Positions 28,378 through 39,369 of a stretch of 64,000 bases of DNA are shown one piece after another. The number at the start of each line of letters is the position of its first letter. Within the stretch, counting starts at the first letter, position 1. This stretch comes from Collinsella sp. GTDB lineage: Bacteria > Actinomycetota > Coriobacteriia > Coriobacteriales > Coriobacteriaceae. The notes under the pieces were generated by a model. It saw only the letters and a program-made list of their open reading frames with translations, was not told where the DNA came from and searched no databases. The stretch is from positions 68,836 to 132,835 of the forward strand of contig DBGAQS010000008.1 in assembly GCA_048434495.1 (NCBI GenBank), given 5' to 3'. Made by a program: the position numbers and the translations under genes.

Positions 28378-29037
28378 ATGAGTCTCTCCGAGCTCTGGTC
28401 GCTCTATGGCCAGAACTATATCGACGCGCTGCTAGCCACCTGGGGCATGACGCTTGAGTCGTTTGCCATCGCCATGGTGCTGGCCGTCGCCATCACCGTG
28501 ATGCGTGTGTCGCCGCTCAAGCCGCTGCGCGTCTTTGGCGACCTGTATGTCCAGGTCTTCCGTAACATCCCCGGCATCGCGCTGCTCATCATCATCGTCT
28601 ACGCGCTGCCGCCGCTCAAGGTCGTCCTGCCCTACCGCACCTGCGTTATCGTCGCCACGGTACTTTTGGGCTCGGCCTTTGGTTCCGAAAACTTTATGAG
28701 CGGCATCAACACCGTCGGCGTCGGCCAGGTGGAAGCCGCCCGCTCGCTCGGCATGAGCTTCAGCCGTATCCTCGCTAAGATCGTGATTCCGCAGGCGCTG
28801 CGTTCGAGCGTGCTGCCCATGACCAACCTCTTTATCGCCGTCATGCTCACCACCGCGCTCGGCAGCCAGGTGCCGCTTAAGCCGCAAGAGCTTACCGGCG
28901 TGGTGAGCTACATCAATACCCGCTCGCTCGGCGGCGTCGCCGCGTTCTTTATCTCGGCGCTCGGCTACCTGGGCACGGCCTTTGTGGTGAGCCACATTGG
29001 CAACTATATCGATAAGAAGGTGAGGATCCTCCGATGA
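28378..29037 (+). CDS. Amino-acid ABC permease
   Basis: YVQVFRNIP and GQVEAARSLGM (EAA motif). Confidence 0.92.
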   Translation: MSLSELWSLYGQNYIDALLATWGMTLESFAIAMVLAVAITVMRVSPLKPLRVFGDLYVQVFRNIPGIALLIIIVYALPPLKVVLPYRTCVIVATVLLGSAFGSENFMSGINTVGVGQVEAARSLGMSFSRILAKIVIPQALRSSVLPMTNLFIAVMLTTALGSQVPLKPQELTGVVSYINTRSLGGVAAFFISALGYLGTAFVVSHIGNYIDKKVRILR

Positions 29038-29867
29038 GCAAGCATTCCTCCCCTGCACTCACCATGCGCGATGCGCTCTACGAGGCTCCCGGCCCCAAGA
29101 TGCGCGCCAAGATTCGCATCGGCACCGCCATCTCACTCGTCGCCGTGGCCGCGCTCGTCGCCCTGGTGCTGCAGCGCTTTTATGTGACCGGCCAGCTTTC
29201 GGTCCACTACTGGTATTTCTTTACGCACCTCACCACCTGGAAGTTCCTACTTGCCGGCTTTGAGGGCACCGTTAAAGTCGCACTCACCGCTGGCGCCATC
29301 GCGCTGGTGCTGGGCTTAGCCCTTATGCTCGGCCGCACCAGCGACATTAAGCCGCTGCAGCTGGCCTGCCGCGTGCTCACCGATTTCTTCCGCGGCGTGC
29401 CGAGCCTGCTGTTTATCTACTTCTTCTTTTTGGTACTGCCCCAGTACAAGATCGCGCTGCCGTCGTTTTGGATGCTCACGCTTCCCGTCGCGCTCGCTGC
29501 CGCCGGTGTACTTGCCGAGATTTTCCGCGCCGGCGTCAACGCCGTACCGCGCGGGCAGGTCGAGGCGGCCCAGGCACTCGGTCTCTCCAAAGCTAAAATC
29601 ACCTTTAAAATCGTGTTGCCGCAGGCTATTCGATTTATCATCCCGTCGTTGATTTCGCAGCTCGTGGTCGTAGTCAAAGACACCACCGTCGCCTATGTGG
29701 TGAGCTACCCCGACCTCATGCAAAACGCCCGCGTGCTCATTACCAACTACGACGCTCTCGTGTCGGTCTACCTGGTAATCGCGGTCATCTATATCCTCAT
29801 CAACGTCGCGATCAACAAAGCCGCTGTCTATGTTTCGCACAAGACCGGCGCAACCATTATCCGCTAA
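29034..29867 (+). CDS. Amino-acid ABC permease
   Basis: FFRGVP, GQVEAAQALGL and VKDTT; ATGA overlap with the upstream gene. Confidence 0.92.
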   Translation: MSKHSSPALTMRDALYEAPGPKMRAKIRIGTAISLVAVAALVALVLQRFYVTGQLSVHYWYFFTHLTTWKFLLAGFEGTVKVALTAGAIALVLGLALMLGRTSDIKPLQLACRVLTDFFRGVPSLLFIYFFFLVLPQYKIALPSFWMLTLPVALAAAGVLAEIFRAGVNAVPRGQVEAAQALGLSKAKITFKIVLPQAIRFIIPSLISQLVVVVKDTTVAYVVSYPDLMQNARVLITNYDALVSVYLVIAVIYILINVAINKAAVYVSHKTGATIIR

Positions 29868-29903
29868 CGCTTTACCATTTCGAGTCATAAGGAGCCGAGC
29901 ACC

Positions 29904-30668
<765 letters not shown>

Positions 30669-30755
30669 CCAGCCACCCCGTGGGACAAATCCATCGGAAG
30701 CGTTGTCCCACGTCTCTCATGCGCCCTGTCACCTTCAGATTCGAAAGCAACACCT

Positions 30756-31565
30756 ATGATCGGAACCCGCACTTCATCGTCATACACCCCGCACGTCGAC
30801 GTCGCCCCCGCCGACCGCCCACTCATCCTCGTCGCACCGCGCTGGGAAGAGGCAGAGCCGTTTTTAACCGAGATGCTCTCCCCCAACGAGGAAATCGCAA
30901 GTGTCTTTGTCGACGCCATTCTTGCCGCCGGCGGTCTGCCGCTGCAGATGTCCATTACCGAAGACGTCGACGTTATCCGTCATTACGTGGAAATCGCCGA
31001 CGGCATCGCCATTCCCGGCGGTCCGGACGTCAACCCCAAACGCTGGGGCGACGAGCGTCCTTACGACCCCACGCTGTGCTGCGAGATTCGCGACCGTTTT
31101 GAGTTTAAGCTGGTTAACGAGGTACTTCGCGCCAAGAAGCCGCTCTTTACCACCTGCCGCGGCACGCAGCTGCTTAATGTCGCCACCGGCGGCACCCTGT
31201 GCATGGACGTGCCGAGCCTGGGCGCGCGCGAGGGCCGCACGCAGTGGCGCCATACCCACGTGCTCAACGACCCCGTGCATCCCGTCGAGGTCGTGCCGGG
31301 CTCACTGCTGGAGCGCGCGGTTGGCGGGCACAGGCTGATCCAGACCAACTCCGCACACCACTGCTGCGTCGATCGTCTGGATAAAAGCACGCGCTTGGTC
31401 GCCAAGGCAACCGACGGCGTTCCCGAGTGTATTGAGGTCGAAGGCCAGCCTTTCTGCCTGGGCGTGCAATGGCACCCTGAGTACACGTGGAAGACGCTCG
31501 AGACCGACTTTAACCTCTGGAAGTCGTTTGTCGAGGCGGCAGCCAAGGTCAAGCAGGCCCGCTAG
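30756..31565 (+). CDS. Gamma-glutamyl-gamma-aminobutyrate hydrolase family (peptidase C26, class I GATase fold)
   Basis: IPGGPDV, TCRGTQLLNV, NSAHH and GVQWHPE. Confidence 0.88.
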   Translation: MIGTRTSSSYTPHVDVAPADRPLILVAPRWEEAEPFLTEMLSPNEEIASVFVDAILAAGGLPLQMSITEDVDVIRHYVEIADGIAIPGGPDVNPKRWGDERPYDPTLCCEIRDRFEFKLVNEVLRAKKPLFTTCRGTQLLNVATGGTLCMDVPSLGAREGRTQWRHTHVLNDPVHPVEVVPGSLLERAVGGHRLIQTNSAHHCCVDRLDKSTRLVAKATDGVPECIEVEGQPFCLGVQWHPEYTWKTLETDFNLWKSFVEAAAKVKQAR

Positions 31566-31585
31566 CTCGCAAACCACAAAACAGA

Positions 31586-31629
31586 TAAGGGCGCCCCGCC
31601 GGCCACATGGTCCGGCGGGGCGCCCTTTT
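31586..31629. terminator. Hairpin terminator between convergent genes
   Basis: aagggcgccccgccgg...ccggcggggcgccctttt. Confidence 0.75.
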
Positions 31630-31670
31630 ACCTATATGTAGCCGGCAAGCAGCCCAAGGCTCGCAAGCTC

Positions 31671-32027
31671 TTATTCAGCCGCCTCGCGCAGGGCCGACAA
31701 CGTGGCCGCATATTGCTGCTGCAACGCATGCATTCCCTCGCGAGCGCCATCAACGGTATCGGCGCCGCGCAGCGCCTCGGTCACCACGACCGCCGGCTCG
31801 TACAGATTATCGAATCCCAGGTTCTGGCTCACGCCCTTGAGCGTGTGCGCTGCCATAAACGCACCTTCGGCGTCTCCTGCCGCCATGGCGGCCTCCAGCT
31901 TGTCCATGCTCTCGTCATCCAAAAACTTGAGGGCAAAGCGGGCAAGCATTTCCTCGCCCATCAGCCGAGCGCACGCGTCATCATAATTAGCGCCGATCTT
32001 CTCATACGCCTCACGCATGGAAATCAT
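31671..32027 (-). CDS. Stand-alone Hpt domain protein
   Basis: AFMAAHTLKGVSQNLG phospho-His motif. Confidence 0.88.
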   Translation of the reverse strand: MISMREAYEKIGANYDDACARLMGEEMLARFALKFLDDESMDKLEAAMAAGDAEGAFMAAHTLKGVSQNLGFDNLYEPAVVVTEALRGADTVDGAREGMHALQQQYAATLSALREAAE

Positions 32028-32050
32028 GGATTAAAACTCCTTTGGTCAAA

Positions 32051-33931
32051 CTAAATCGTGGGAAACGCGACAACGTCGGCGGGGCGTGCCAACGTCTCGG
32101 CAATACGGTCTTGCACCTCGAGCAGGCAGTCGAGCAACAGCGGGTTAAAGGTGCCGCACTTACCGTCCAGGATCATCTGGATCGCCTCCTTGTGCGGGAT
32201 AGCGTCCTTGTACACGCGCACGCTCGTCAGCGCATCATACACGTCGGCCACCGAGACCACCTGCGCGGCAATGGGAATCTGGTTGCCCTTAAGGCCATCG
32301 GGATAACCCTTGCCGTCCCAGCGCTCGTGATGCCAACGCGCAATCTGGTACGCATATTCCATAAGCGCATTGCCGACGTGATGGCGACCCAGCTCAAGCA
32401 ACATGTCGGCGCCGATCGTGGTATGCGTCTTCATAATCTCGAACTCCTCGGACGTAAGGCATCCGGGTTTGTTGAGGATCGCATCGTCAATCGCCATCTT
32501 GCCAATATCGTGCAGCGCCGAAGCCAGGGCAATCGTGGAGCGTTCCTCGTTGTCGAGGGAGATGGTGTCGCTACGCTGGACCAGACAGTCAAGCAGCAGC
32601 TCGGTCAGCTTTTCGATATTCGTAACGTGCCTGCCGCTCTCGCCGTTGCGAAGCTCCATGACGCCGGCCATGATGTCAATGAGCATGCGACTGTTCTTGA
32701 CGCGCTCGTTGTACTGCTGGGACAGCAGGCTCGTCAGGCGGCGCTGTTTGGCGTATAGGCGGATGGTGTTGCTTACACGGCGGCGCACGACACGGGAGTC
32801 AAACGGGCGGTTGATATAGTCCGAGGCGCCCAGCTCGTACGCGCGCAGAACCATATCATCGGAATCTTCGCTCGAAATCATGATGAAAGGCAGATTGTCG
32901 ATACCCGATCGGCGCGACAGATCGGCCAGCACCTCAAAGCCGCTTATACCCGGCATGACAATATCCAGCAGCACGAGCGACAACTCATCGCCATAGCGGT
33001 CGACCATGTCGAGCGCCGTACGACCGTTGTCGGCCTCGAGGATGCAATACTCGTCCTTGAGCATCTCGTTGAGAATGGCTCGGTTCATCTCGGAGTCATC
33101 GACAATAAGCACCAAAGGCTTTTCGCTTTGGAAGGCTTCGATGGAATCGGCATCGGTCACGACCGTACCGGCTTTTGCCTTAGCGCGGCTCAATAACTGG
33201 ACAGCGCGGCCAACTCCTTCATCGACCGTCTCGCCATGAATGCGAACACCGCCAACACATGCCGTCAAGCTCACGTACTCATGGCCCGGAACAATCGTGG
33301 CATGAACGGCATCGGACACCTGATGCAGGCGACGGGTGAAGTCATCGGAGGGAATATTGGGCATGACGACCACAAACTTGTCGCAGCCATAGCGTACAAG
33401 CTCGTCAGTCGAACGAATTCCGCTGCGTATGGCTGTCGCCACAGCACCGAGCGCAAGGTCGCCGGCATGACGGCCACACGTATCGTTGAAGACCCTAAAA
33501 TCATCAAGGTCGATCACCGCAACGCCGGCATTCATGCGGGCGCTACGGAGCTTTTCCTCGTAATATCGGCGATTGCGCACACTCGTCAGCACGTCGGTGT
33601 AGACGAGGTCCTCTTCTGCAGCCTCTTGCTCATCGATCGGACGCACCATCAGCAGGACGTGAGGCTCGCCCTCGACCTTCAGAGGGCGCAGGCGAGCGCG
33701 GTACTCGGTACCATCATTGAGCAGCTGCTCCGATACATCATCGGAACCTGCCAAGGCCTCAAGACTCGACTGACGCAGACAAGGGCAGCGATCGCCGGCG
33801 AGCAAGCAGTTAGGCTCGCTCTTAATCTGATCGGCCGACAACAAACGCACCACGGGGTAGGTCTTCGCGACGCGGGCGACCTCGGCGGCAGCCTCCTCGT
33901 CGGTTAGATTGACCTCGTGATTATTGAGCAT
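32051..33931 (-). CDS. Degenerate GGDEF + receiver + HD-GYP protein (cyclic-dinucleotide phosphodiesterase-like)
   Basis: DLDDFRVFNDTCG...RYGCDKF; VDDSEMN...LLDIVMP; LHDIGK, HHERWDGKGYP and ADVYDAL. Confidence 0.88.
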   Translation of the reverse strand: MLNNHEVNLTDEEAAAEVARVAKTYPVVRLLSADQIKSEPNCLLAGDRCPCLRQSSLEALAGSDDVSEQLLNDGTEYRARLRPLKVEGEPHVLLMVRPIDEQEAAEEDLVYTDVLTSVRNRRYYEEKLRSARMNAGVAVIDLDDFRVFNDTCGRHAGDLALGAVATAIRSGIRSTDELVRYGCDKFVVVMPNIPSDDFTRRLHQVSDAVHATIVPGHEYVSLTACVGGVRIHGETVDEGVGRAVQLLSRAKAKAGTVVTDADSIEAFQSEKPLVLIVDDSEMNRAILNEMLKDEYCILEADNGRTALDMVDRYGDELSLVLLDIVMPGISGFEVLADLSRRSGIDNLPFIMISSEDSDDMVLRAYELGASDYINRPFDSRVVRRRVSNTIRLYAKQRRLTSLLSQQYNERVKNSRMLIDIMAGVMELRNGESGRHVTNIEKLTELLLDCLVQRSDTISLDNEERSTIALASALHDIGKMAIDDAILNKPGCLTSEEFEIMKTHTTIGADMLLELGRHHVGNALMEYAYQIARWHHERWDGKGYPDGLKGNQIPIAAQVVSVADVYDALTSVRVYKDAIPHKEAIQMILDGKCGTFNPLLLDCLLEVQDRIAETLARPADVVAFPTI

Positions 33932-34142
33932 ATGGGGCCCTTCCTATCGTTACGCACGGCAACGGTGCATATCAATTGGTACAAGGGTAGCATCTAACAG
34001 CTGAAGGCAAACGCGCGATTATCGTTACATTTTTATGACCTGGCAAACGGCGGTAATGGAGCCGCGGGCGCGCGGTTATGGGCGCATTCGTTAACAATGA
34101 CGAAACGCTAACAGCCCCTCTCCCCGCAGGTCATCGAGCGTG

Positions 34143-34940
34143 CTAACGCTCCAAGACATCGCGAACGGCGTTTGCCGCCGTAACGGGGCGATCGCGCAGA
34201 CCGTTATGCGCGCCCGGGATCGTCACAAGGGGGCAATCGAGATATTCGGCAGCCGCTCGCGTGCCAGCCTCGCGGGGTGTATCGACCGAAAGCTCGCCCA
34301 AAAACACGGCCGACACCGCCTTTGACGCGCGGACGCGCTCCCAGTCGGGAGCATATGTCATATTTGTTCCGTATTCATTAGCCATAAAGCAACGACCATT
34401 GCGCAGGGCATGTTTGGCTTCCGCTTCGGTCGTCCCGGGAGCTTCGGGGTCCAAGTCGCCGAGGGCTCCCAAGAAAAGCCGGAGCGCCCTTGAAACCTTT
34501 CCAGCCGCAATCATATCGAGCAAAACCGGAGCTGCGCCCATGCCGACGCCTTCGGCCGACACAGCCGGCTCATGCAGAATCGCACGGGCGACGAGATGGG
34601 GTTCGGCGCGAAGAAGCTCCAGCGCCACCAACGTACCGGCGCTATGCGCAAGCACATTTGTCGGAGCGCCAACGTGTTCGATCACGGCTTGCAGGTCGGC
34701 AGCCTGAGCGGCAAGATCATAGCTGCCGTCTGCCGCATCGCTGCTGCCACCGCAGCCGCGGCGGTCGTAGGCAATTACGCGGTAGTTGCGGCTGAGCTCA
34801 CAAGCGATACCGTCGAAAAATGTGCCGTCGACACAAGCGCCGTGCACGCACACCAAGGCAGGAGCATCAGGCGACACATCTGGGCCGGCATATTCGCGAC
34901 AGGCAATCGTGGTGCCCGCATTCTCGACCGTAAAATTCAT
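34143..34940 (-). CDS. Alpha/beta hydrolase
   Basis: VHGA, YDRRGCGGS, AHSAG nucleophile elbow and GAH. Confidence 0.88.
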   Translation of the reverse strand: MNFTVENAGTTIACREYAGPDVSPDAPALVCVHGACVDGTFFDGIACELSRNYRVIAYDRRGCGGSSDAADGSYDLAAQAADLQAVIEHVGAPTNVLAHSAGTLVALELLRAEPHLVARAILHEPAVSAEGVGMGAAPVLLDMIAAGKVSRALRLFLGALGDLDPEAPGTTEAEAKHALRNGRCFMANEYGTNMTYAPDWERVRASKAVSAVFLGELSVDTPREAGTRAAAEYLDCPLVTIPGAHNGLRDRPVTAANAVRDVLER

Positions 34941-35165
34941 GTTGTGCCCCCATCATCAATGCTCATCCAGTTGCACGTCAGCGCGGTTGGATGGACCCAC
35001 ATTGCCTTACACCTTGTTAACAGATTAACTTTACCCGACCCGAGGCTTTTCATGGCGCGGCATAATGGGCGACGTGAAAAAACGAAACTTGTAAAGCAAG
35101 AGCCCGCACCTTGCTTTGGAGCCGATGCTATGCTTAGGCACAATTGTCTTGAGGAGCATATGCCT

Positions 35166-35942
35166 ATGTCTACGTTTTTGAATGCCAGCCCCATCTTTGG
35201 GCCCGTTCGCAGCCGTCGCCTTGGTCTCTCGCTCGGCGTCAACATGATGCCGGCCAGCGGCAAAATCTGCACGTTCGACTGCATTTACTGCGAAAACGGC
35301 CTCAACGCCGAGCGCCCCTGCCATGAGCCGTACAACACAGCTGCCGTGGTACTCGACGCGCTCGAGGCAAAGCTGCGCGAGATGGCAGCCGAGGGCGAGC
35401 TCCCCGATGTGATCACCTTCGCAGGAAACGGCGAGCCCACCGCCGCACCGGAGTTTCCCCAGGCGATTGCCGGCGCCGTCGCGCTGCGCGATCAGCTGGC
35501 CCCAAACTCCAAAATCGCCGTGCTCTCCAACGGTACGCGCGCCGACCGCCCCGAGGTGCACGATGCGCTCATGATGGTCGACGACAACATCCTCAAGCTC
35601 GATACGGTCGATCCGGCATTTATCCAGCTGCTCGACCAGCCTGTTGGCCCCTACGACGTCGAGCACCAGATTGAGACGTTCGCAAGCTTTGACGGTCACG
35701 TTATTATCCAGACGATCTTTTTGACCGGTGAGTATCTGGGCAAGCCCATCGACAACACCGGCGAGGAGTACGTTGCCCCCTGGCTCGCGGCACTTGAGCG
35801 CATTCGCCCACAAGAAGCGACCATCTACACGGTGGCTCGCGAGACGCCGGTCGCCGGCCTTGCCAAAGCAGCGCCCGAGGCCCTCGACGCCATCGCCGCG
35901 CGCGTCCAAGCCCTCGGCATTCCCTGCCAGGTGAGCTACTAG
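35166..35942 (+). CDS. Radical SAM protein
   Basis: FGPVRSRRLGLSLG, CTFDCIYC and GNGEPT; GAGGAG RBS at 35151. Confidence 0.9.
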   Translation: MSTFLNASPIFGPVRSRRLGLSLGVNMMPASGKICTFDCIYCENGLNAERPCHEPYNTAAVVLDALEAKLREMAAEGELPDVITFAGNGEPTAAPEFPQAIAGAVALRDQLAPNSKIAVLSNGTRADRPEVHDALMMVDDNILKLDTVDPAFIQLLDQPVGPYDVEHQIETFASFDGHVIIQTIFLTGEYLGKPIDNTGEEYVAPWLAALERIRPQEATIYTVARETPVAGLAKAAPEALDAIAARVQALGIPCQVSY

Positions 35943-35983
35943 CAAAACCACGCAGCAGCTAGTGCCCGCCACCCCGCTCCATC

Positions 35984-36050
35984 AGTTGCGGTGATATAGT
36001 TCCTGTTTATGCTGTTAAACCGCTTAAATCGGAACTATATCACCGCAACT
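35984..36050. repeat. 67-bp inverted-repeat element (copy 1)
   Basis: 20-bp perfect arms agttgcggtgatatagttcc / ggaactatatcaccgcaact. Confidence 0.75.
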
Positions 36051-36102
36051 TTTATGGACGCGTGAGTGGGCTATACTAGCTGCGGATGAAAGGAAGTTAG
36101 CC

Positions 36103-36990
36103 ATGTATGACAAAGGACCCGTACCCGGCCGCAACGACGCCTGCTGGTGCGGCAGCGGCAAAAAATATAAGAAATGTCACAGCGCCTTCGACGAGCGCCT
36201 CGAGCGCCTGTGGGAGGAGGGCTGGGAGGTTCTGCCCCGTACGCTCTACAAGACGCCCGCCGATATCGAGGGCATCAAGCGCTCCGCCGCCATCAACGTG
36301 GGCGTGCTCGACTACGTAGGCGAGCACATCGCCGCGGGCATGACCACCAACCAGATTGACCAGATGATCTACGACTACACCGTCGAGCACGGTGGCACGC
36401 CGGCCGATCTCAACTACGAGGGCTACCCCAAAAGCGTGTGCACCTCGATCAATGATGTGGTCTGCCACGGTATCCCCTGTGATACGGACGTGCTGCACGA
36501 GGGCGACATCATCAACGTGGACTGTTCCACGATTCTTGACGGCTACTTTAGCGACTCGAGCCGCATGTTCTGCATCGGCGAGGTCTCGGCCGAGCGTCAG
36601 CGCCTGGTCGACGTCACTCGCGCCAGCGTGGAGGCGGGTCTGGCCGCCGTCAAGCCGTGGCTACCGCTGTCCGTGATGGCCGAGGCCGTGCAAAAGACGG
36701 TCGAGGACGCCGGTTTTAGCGTGGTGCGCGAGTACGGCGGACACGGCATCGGTAAGGAGTTCCACGAGGACCCGTTTGTGGGCTTTACCACCGAGGCGCC
36801 CGATGTGGACACCATTATGGCTCCGGGCATGGTCTTTACCATCGAGCCCATGGTCAATGCCGGAGCGCCCGACATTAAGATCAGCAAGGGCGACGGCTGG
36901 TGTGTGCGCACCAAGGACGGTAGCGATTCGGCCCAGTGCGAGGTACAGCTCGTGGTGACCGAGGACGGTTACGAGCTGCTCAGCTGGTAG
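36103..36990 (+). CDS. map: Methionine aminopeptidase type I with N-terminal SEC-C motif
   Basis: GRNDACWCGSGKKYKKCH; CTSINDVVCHGIP, GHGIG and FTIEPM. Confidence 0.95.
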   Translation: MYDKGPVPGRNDACWCGSGKKYKKCHSAFDERLERLWEEGWEVLPRTLYKTPADIEGIKRSAAINVGVLDYVGEHIAAGMTTNQIDQMIYDYTVEHGGTPADLNYEGYPKSVCTSINDVVCHGIPCDTDVLHEGDIINVDCSTILDGYFSDSSRMFCIGEVSAERQRLVDVTRASVEAGLAAVKPWLPLSVMAEAVQKTVEDAGFSVVREYGGHGIGKEFHEDPFVGFTTEAPDVDTIMAPGMVFTIEPMVNAGAPDIKISKGDGWCVRTKDGSDSAQCEVQLVVTEDGYELLSW

Positions 36991-37119
36991 CTGTGGATGC
37001 GCCGGATGCCGACGGGCACGCCCGTCTTGCATCCGGCGTTTTATTTGAGCGTTTTGCCTGATAAAACCTGCCAAAATTAACCTGTCCCTTTTTGGCAGGT
37101 CGAGCGGAGAGGACTGCTT

Positions 37120-38055
37120 GTGAACATTCTGGTTTTGTTGCCCGTCAACGACCGTCATCGCGCAATTCTTGAGTCGAGCGCTCCGGGCGAGGACTTTATC
37201 TACACGAGCGCCGACGCCGCCACGCACGAGCAGGTCGCCGATGCCGACGTGATCCTGGGCAACATCGACCCTGCCCTGCTTACCGCGTGCAAGCACCTCC
37301 AGCTGTTGCAATTGCAGACCGCCGGCTATGACGACTACCTTGCCGCCGGCACCGTGCCGACCGACGCCAAACTGTCTTGCTCGGTGGGCGCCTACGGTCA
37401 GGCCGTAAGCGAGCACATGTTTGCCATGGTTCTTTCTATGATGAAGCGCCTGCCCGGCTATCACGACTTGCAGCGCGAGCATCGCTGGGAGGATTTGGGG
37501 CCGGTTACCTCGCTCAAAAATGCCAACGTGCTGGTGCTGGGCGCAGGCGATATCGGCGGCCACTTTGCCACGCTCTGCCGCAGCATGGGCGCACACGTCC
37601 GCGGCATCAAGCGCCATCCGCTCGTCTACCCCATTGTATTTGAGGACATGGACGGCATGGATGCCCTGTCTGAGCGCCTGGCCGAGGCCGATGTCGTCGC
37701 ATCCTTTATGCCCAGCACACCCGAGACCCGCGGCCTGGCGAACGCCGAGTTCTTCGCCGCGATGAAGCCGGGCGCCTTCTTTGCCAACGGCGGTCGCGGC
37801 GATCTTGTGGTCGCCGAGGACTTGGTTGCCGCTCTGGAGTCGGGACATCTCGCCGGCGCCGCGGTCGACGTCACCGACCCCGAGCCGCTGCCCGCCGCAA
37901 GCCCGCTGTGGGATGCGCCCAACATGCTCATCACGCCGCACGTCTCCGGTTGGTTCCACTTGGAGGCTACGCTCAACAATGTGGTCGACATTGCCGCAGA
38001 GAATCTGCGTCACTTGCAGGCCGGCGAGACCCTGCGCTGCTGGATCGAACACTGA
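37120..38055 (+). CDS. D-2-hydroxyacid dehydrogenase
   Basis: LGAGDIG, NGGRG, DVTDPEPLP and ITPHVSG. Confidence 0.92.
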   Translation: MNILVLLPVNDRHRAILESSAPGEDFIYTSADAATHEQVADADVILGNIDPALLTACKHLQLLQLQTAGYDDYLAAGTVPTDAKLSCSVGAYGQAVSEHMFAMVLSMMKRLPGYHDLQREHRWEDLGPVTSLKNANVLVLGAGDIGGHFATLCRSMGAHVRGIKRHPLVYPIVFEDMDGMDALSERLAEADVVASFMPSTPETRGLANAEFFAAMKPGAFFANGGRGDLVVAEDLVAALESGHLAGAAVDVTDPEPLPAASPLWDAPNMLITPHVSGWFHLEATLNNVVDIAAENLRHLQAGETLRCWIEH

Positions 38056-38290
38056 TTGTTCCGGCGTTTTCCAAACGCCGGAACCCCTCGACGCTGCGAG
38101 CCCGCCAGAGCGGCAATCTGCCTTTCAATCGTCGGGCATGACCAGAAGGTCAATGCCCTCCTCTTTCAAGGCACCTTGCTCACTCTGGCGGGCTCTCGCT
38201 GACTTTTGTTCAACCTGCGGCGCTTTGCTGGCGCGGCCCTACCTGTGGGCTCTCGCTGACTTTTATTCGACCTGCAGGGTCTTCAAATTG

Positions 38291-38782
38291 CTAGAGCGTT
38301 GCTAAGTAATTCTTTGCGTCTTCTGCGCTCATTGCTGCGACGGGTGCGTGTGAACAGAGTTTGGCATCGTTGGTGACCAGAAGGTCTGCCTTTGCGCGCA
38401 TTGCTGCCGCAATGATTAAATCGTCTTCGTAATCGCTATGGAGCTTACGCTGCTTGCTCGCCATCCATATGTCACTCAGGTCGCAGGGTACCGGCGTGGC
38501 AAGTTGCGACAACACGTCGAGGCAATCCCATGCAAGTGATGTCGCCGCCACGGCGGCATCTTGGGATAGCGAGCCATGCTCGCGCCGATACCACGCCTTA
38601 TGTTCGCTCGAAATCAAATAGAACAGATCTTTGGACGATGTCGCCGCATACAGCAAATCCACCTGCGCCGTGCATGCATCGCGTAAAAACTCAATCGCCA
38701 CCGAACGACCACGTCGTGAGGGAATGAAGTAATCGAGCCACACGTTGGTGTCAACCAAGATGCGCCTTGGAGCCTCACTCAT
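38291..38782 (-). CDS. PIN-domain (VapC-like) toxin
   Basis: ILVDTNVWLD, DYEDDLI and LLVTND acidic residues; overlaps the upstream gene. Confidence 0.85.
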   Translation of the reverse strand: MSEAPRRILVDTNVWLDYFIPSRRGRSVAIEFLRDACTAQVDLLYAATSSKDLFYLISSEHKAWYRREHGSLSQDAAVAATSLAWDCLDVLSQLATPVPCDLSDIWMASKQRKLHSDYEDDLIIAAAMRAKADLLVTNDAKLCSHAPVAAMSAEDAKNYLATL

Positions 38783-39155
38783 AGAGCCAGCTCATCTCCT
38801 CGCCGTAGCGATCCGCGTAGGCGTTCCGTTTGAGTTCTTCATCGCCCGAGGGCTGAGCCTTGACCATATCGATTCCCGACTCACGGCAAGCGGCAGCGAA
38901 CAGCTTCGACCCCTGATCCATGAGCTCGAGCTTACGTTTAGCGGCCTTTTCGCGCTCGCGCTGTTCCACCCGGACACGACTGGGCAGCAGGATATCCTCG
39001 AGCGCACCGGGGCGATCGGCCAGCGACGCTGCAAGCTGCCAGAGCGCTCGCACCGCTTGGCTCGGCGTCATACCGGCCCTGGAGAGAGCGGCGTCCCCGC
39101 TCCTTTTAAGATCGGCATCGAGACGTACGTTGATCTGAGCGGCTGTTGTGGTCAT
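38775..39155 (-). CDS. RelB/DinJ-family RHH antitoxin
   Basis: QINVRLDADLK...AGMTPSQAVR; GGAGG RBS; palindrome atacgt-N5-acgtat at 39201-39217. Confidence 0.8.
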   Translation of the reverse strand: MTTTAAQINVRLDADLKRSGDAALSRAGMTPSQAVRALWQLAASLADRPGALEDILLPSRVRVEQREREKAAKRKLELMDQGSKLFAAACRESGIDMVKAQPSGDEELKRNAYADRYGEEMSWLYE

Positions 39156-39369
39156 GACCCCTCCTTAATACTTTAAAATCATCATAAAACTCTATGGTAG
39201 ATACGTAAAGCACGTATAGCATTTATTAGCATTAGCCGCACTCTGTGCACAAAAAGCCGCCGAGGTGCACTGCACCTCGGCGGCCACGTACCACCGATCT
39301 AGCTCGGTTTCACCCTTTGCATTTGCCCAGATAAAACCTGCAAAATAAACCTGTCCCTTTTAGCAGGTT

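Noticed and set aside
38126..38280. 31-bp direct repeat (57-bp period) and a PIN-tail-like peptide (GIDLLVMPDD)
   Set aside because: Too short and degenerate to assign; possibly a remnant.
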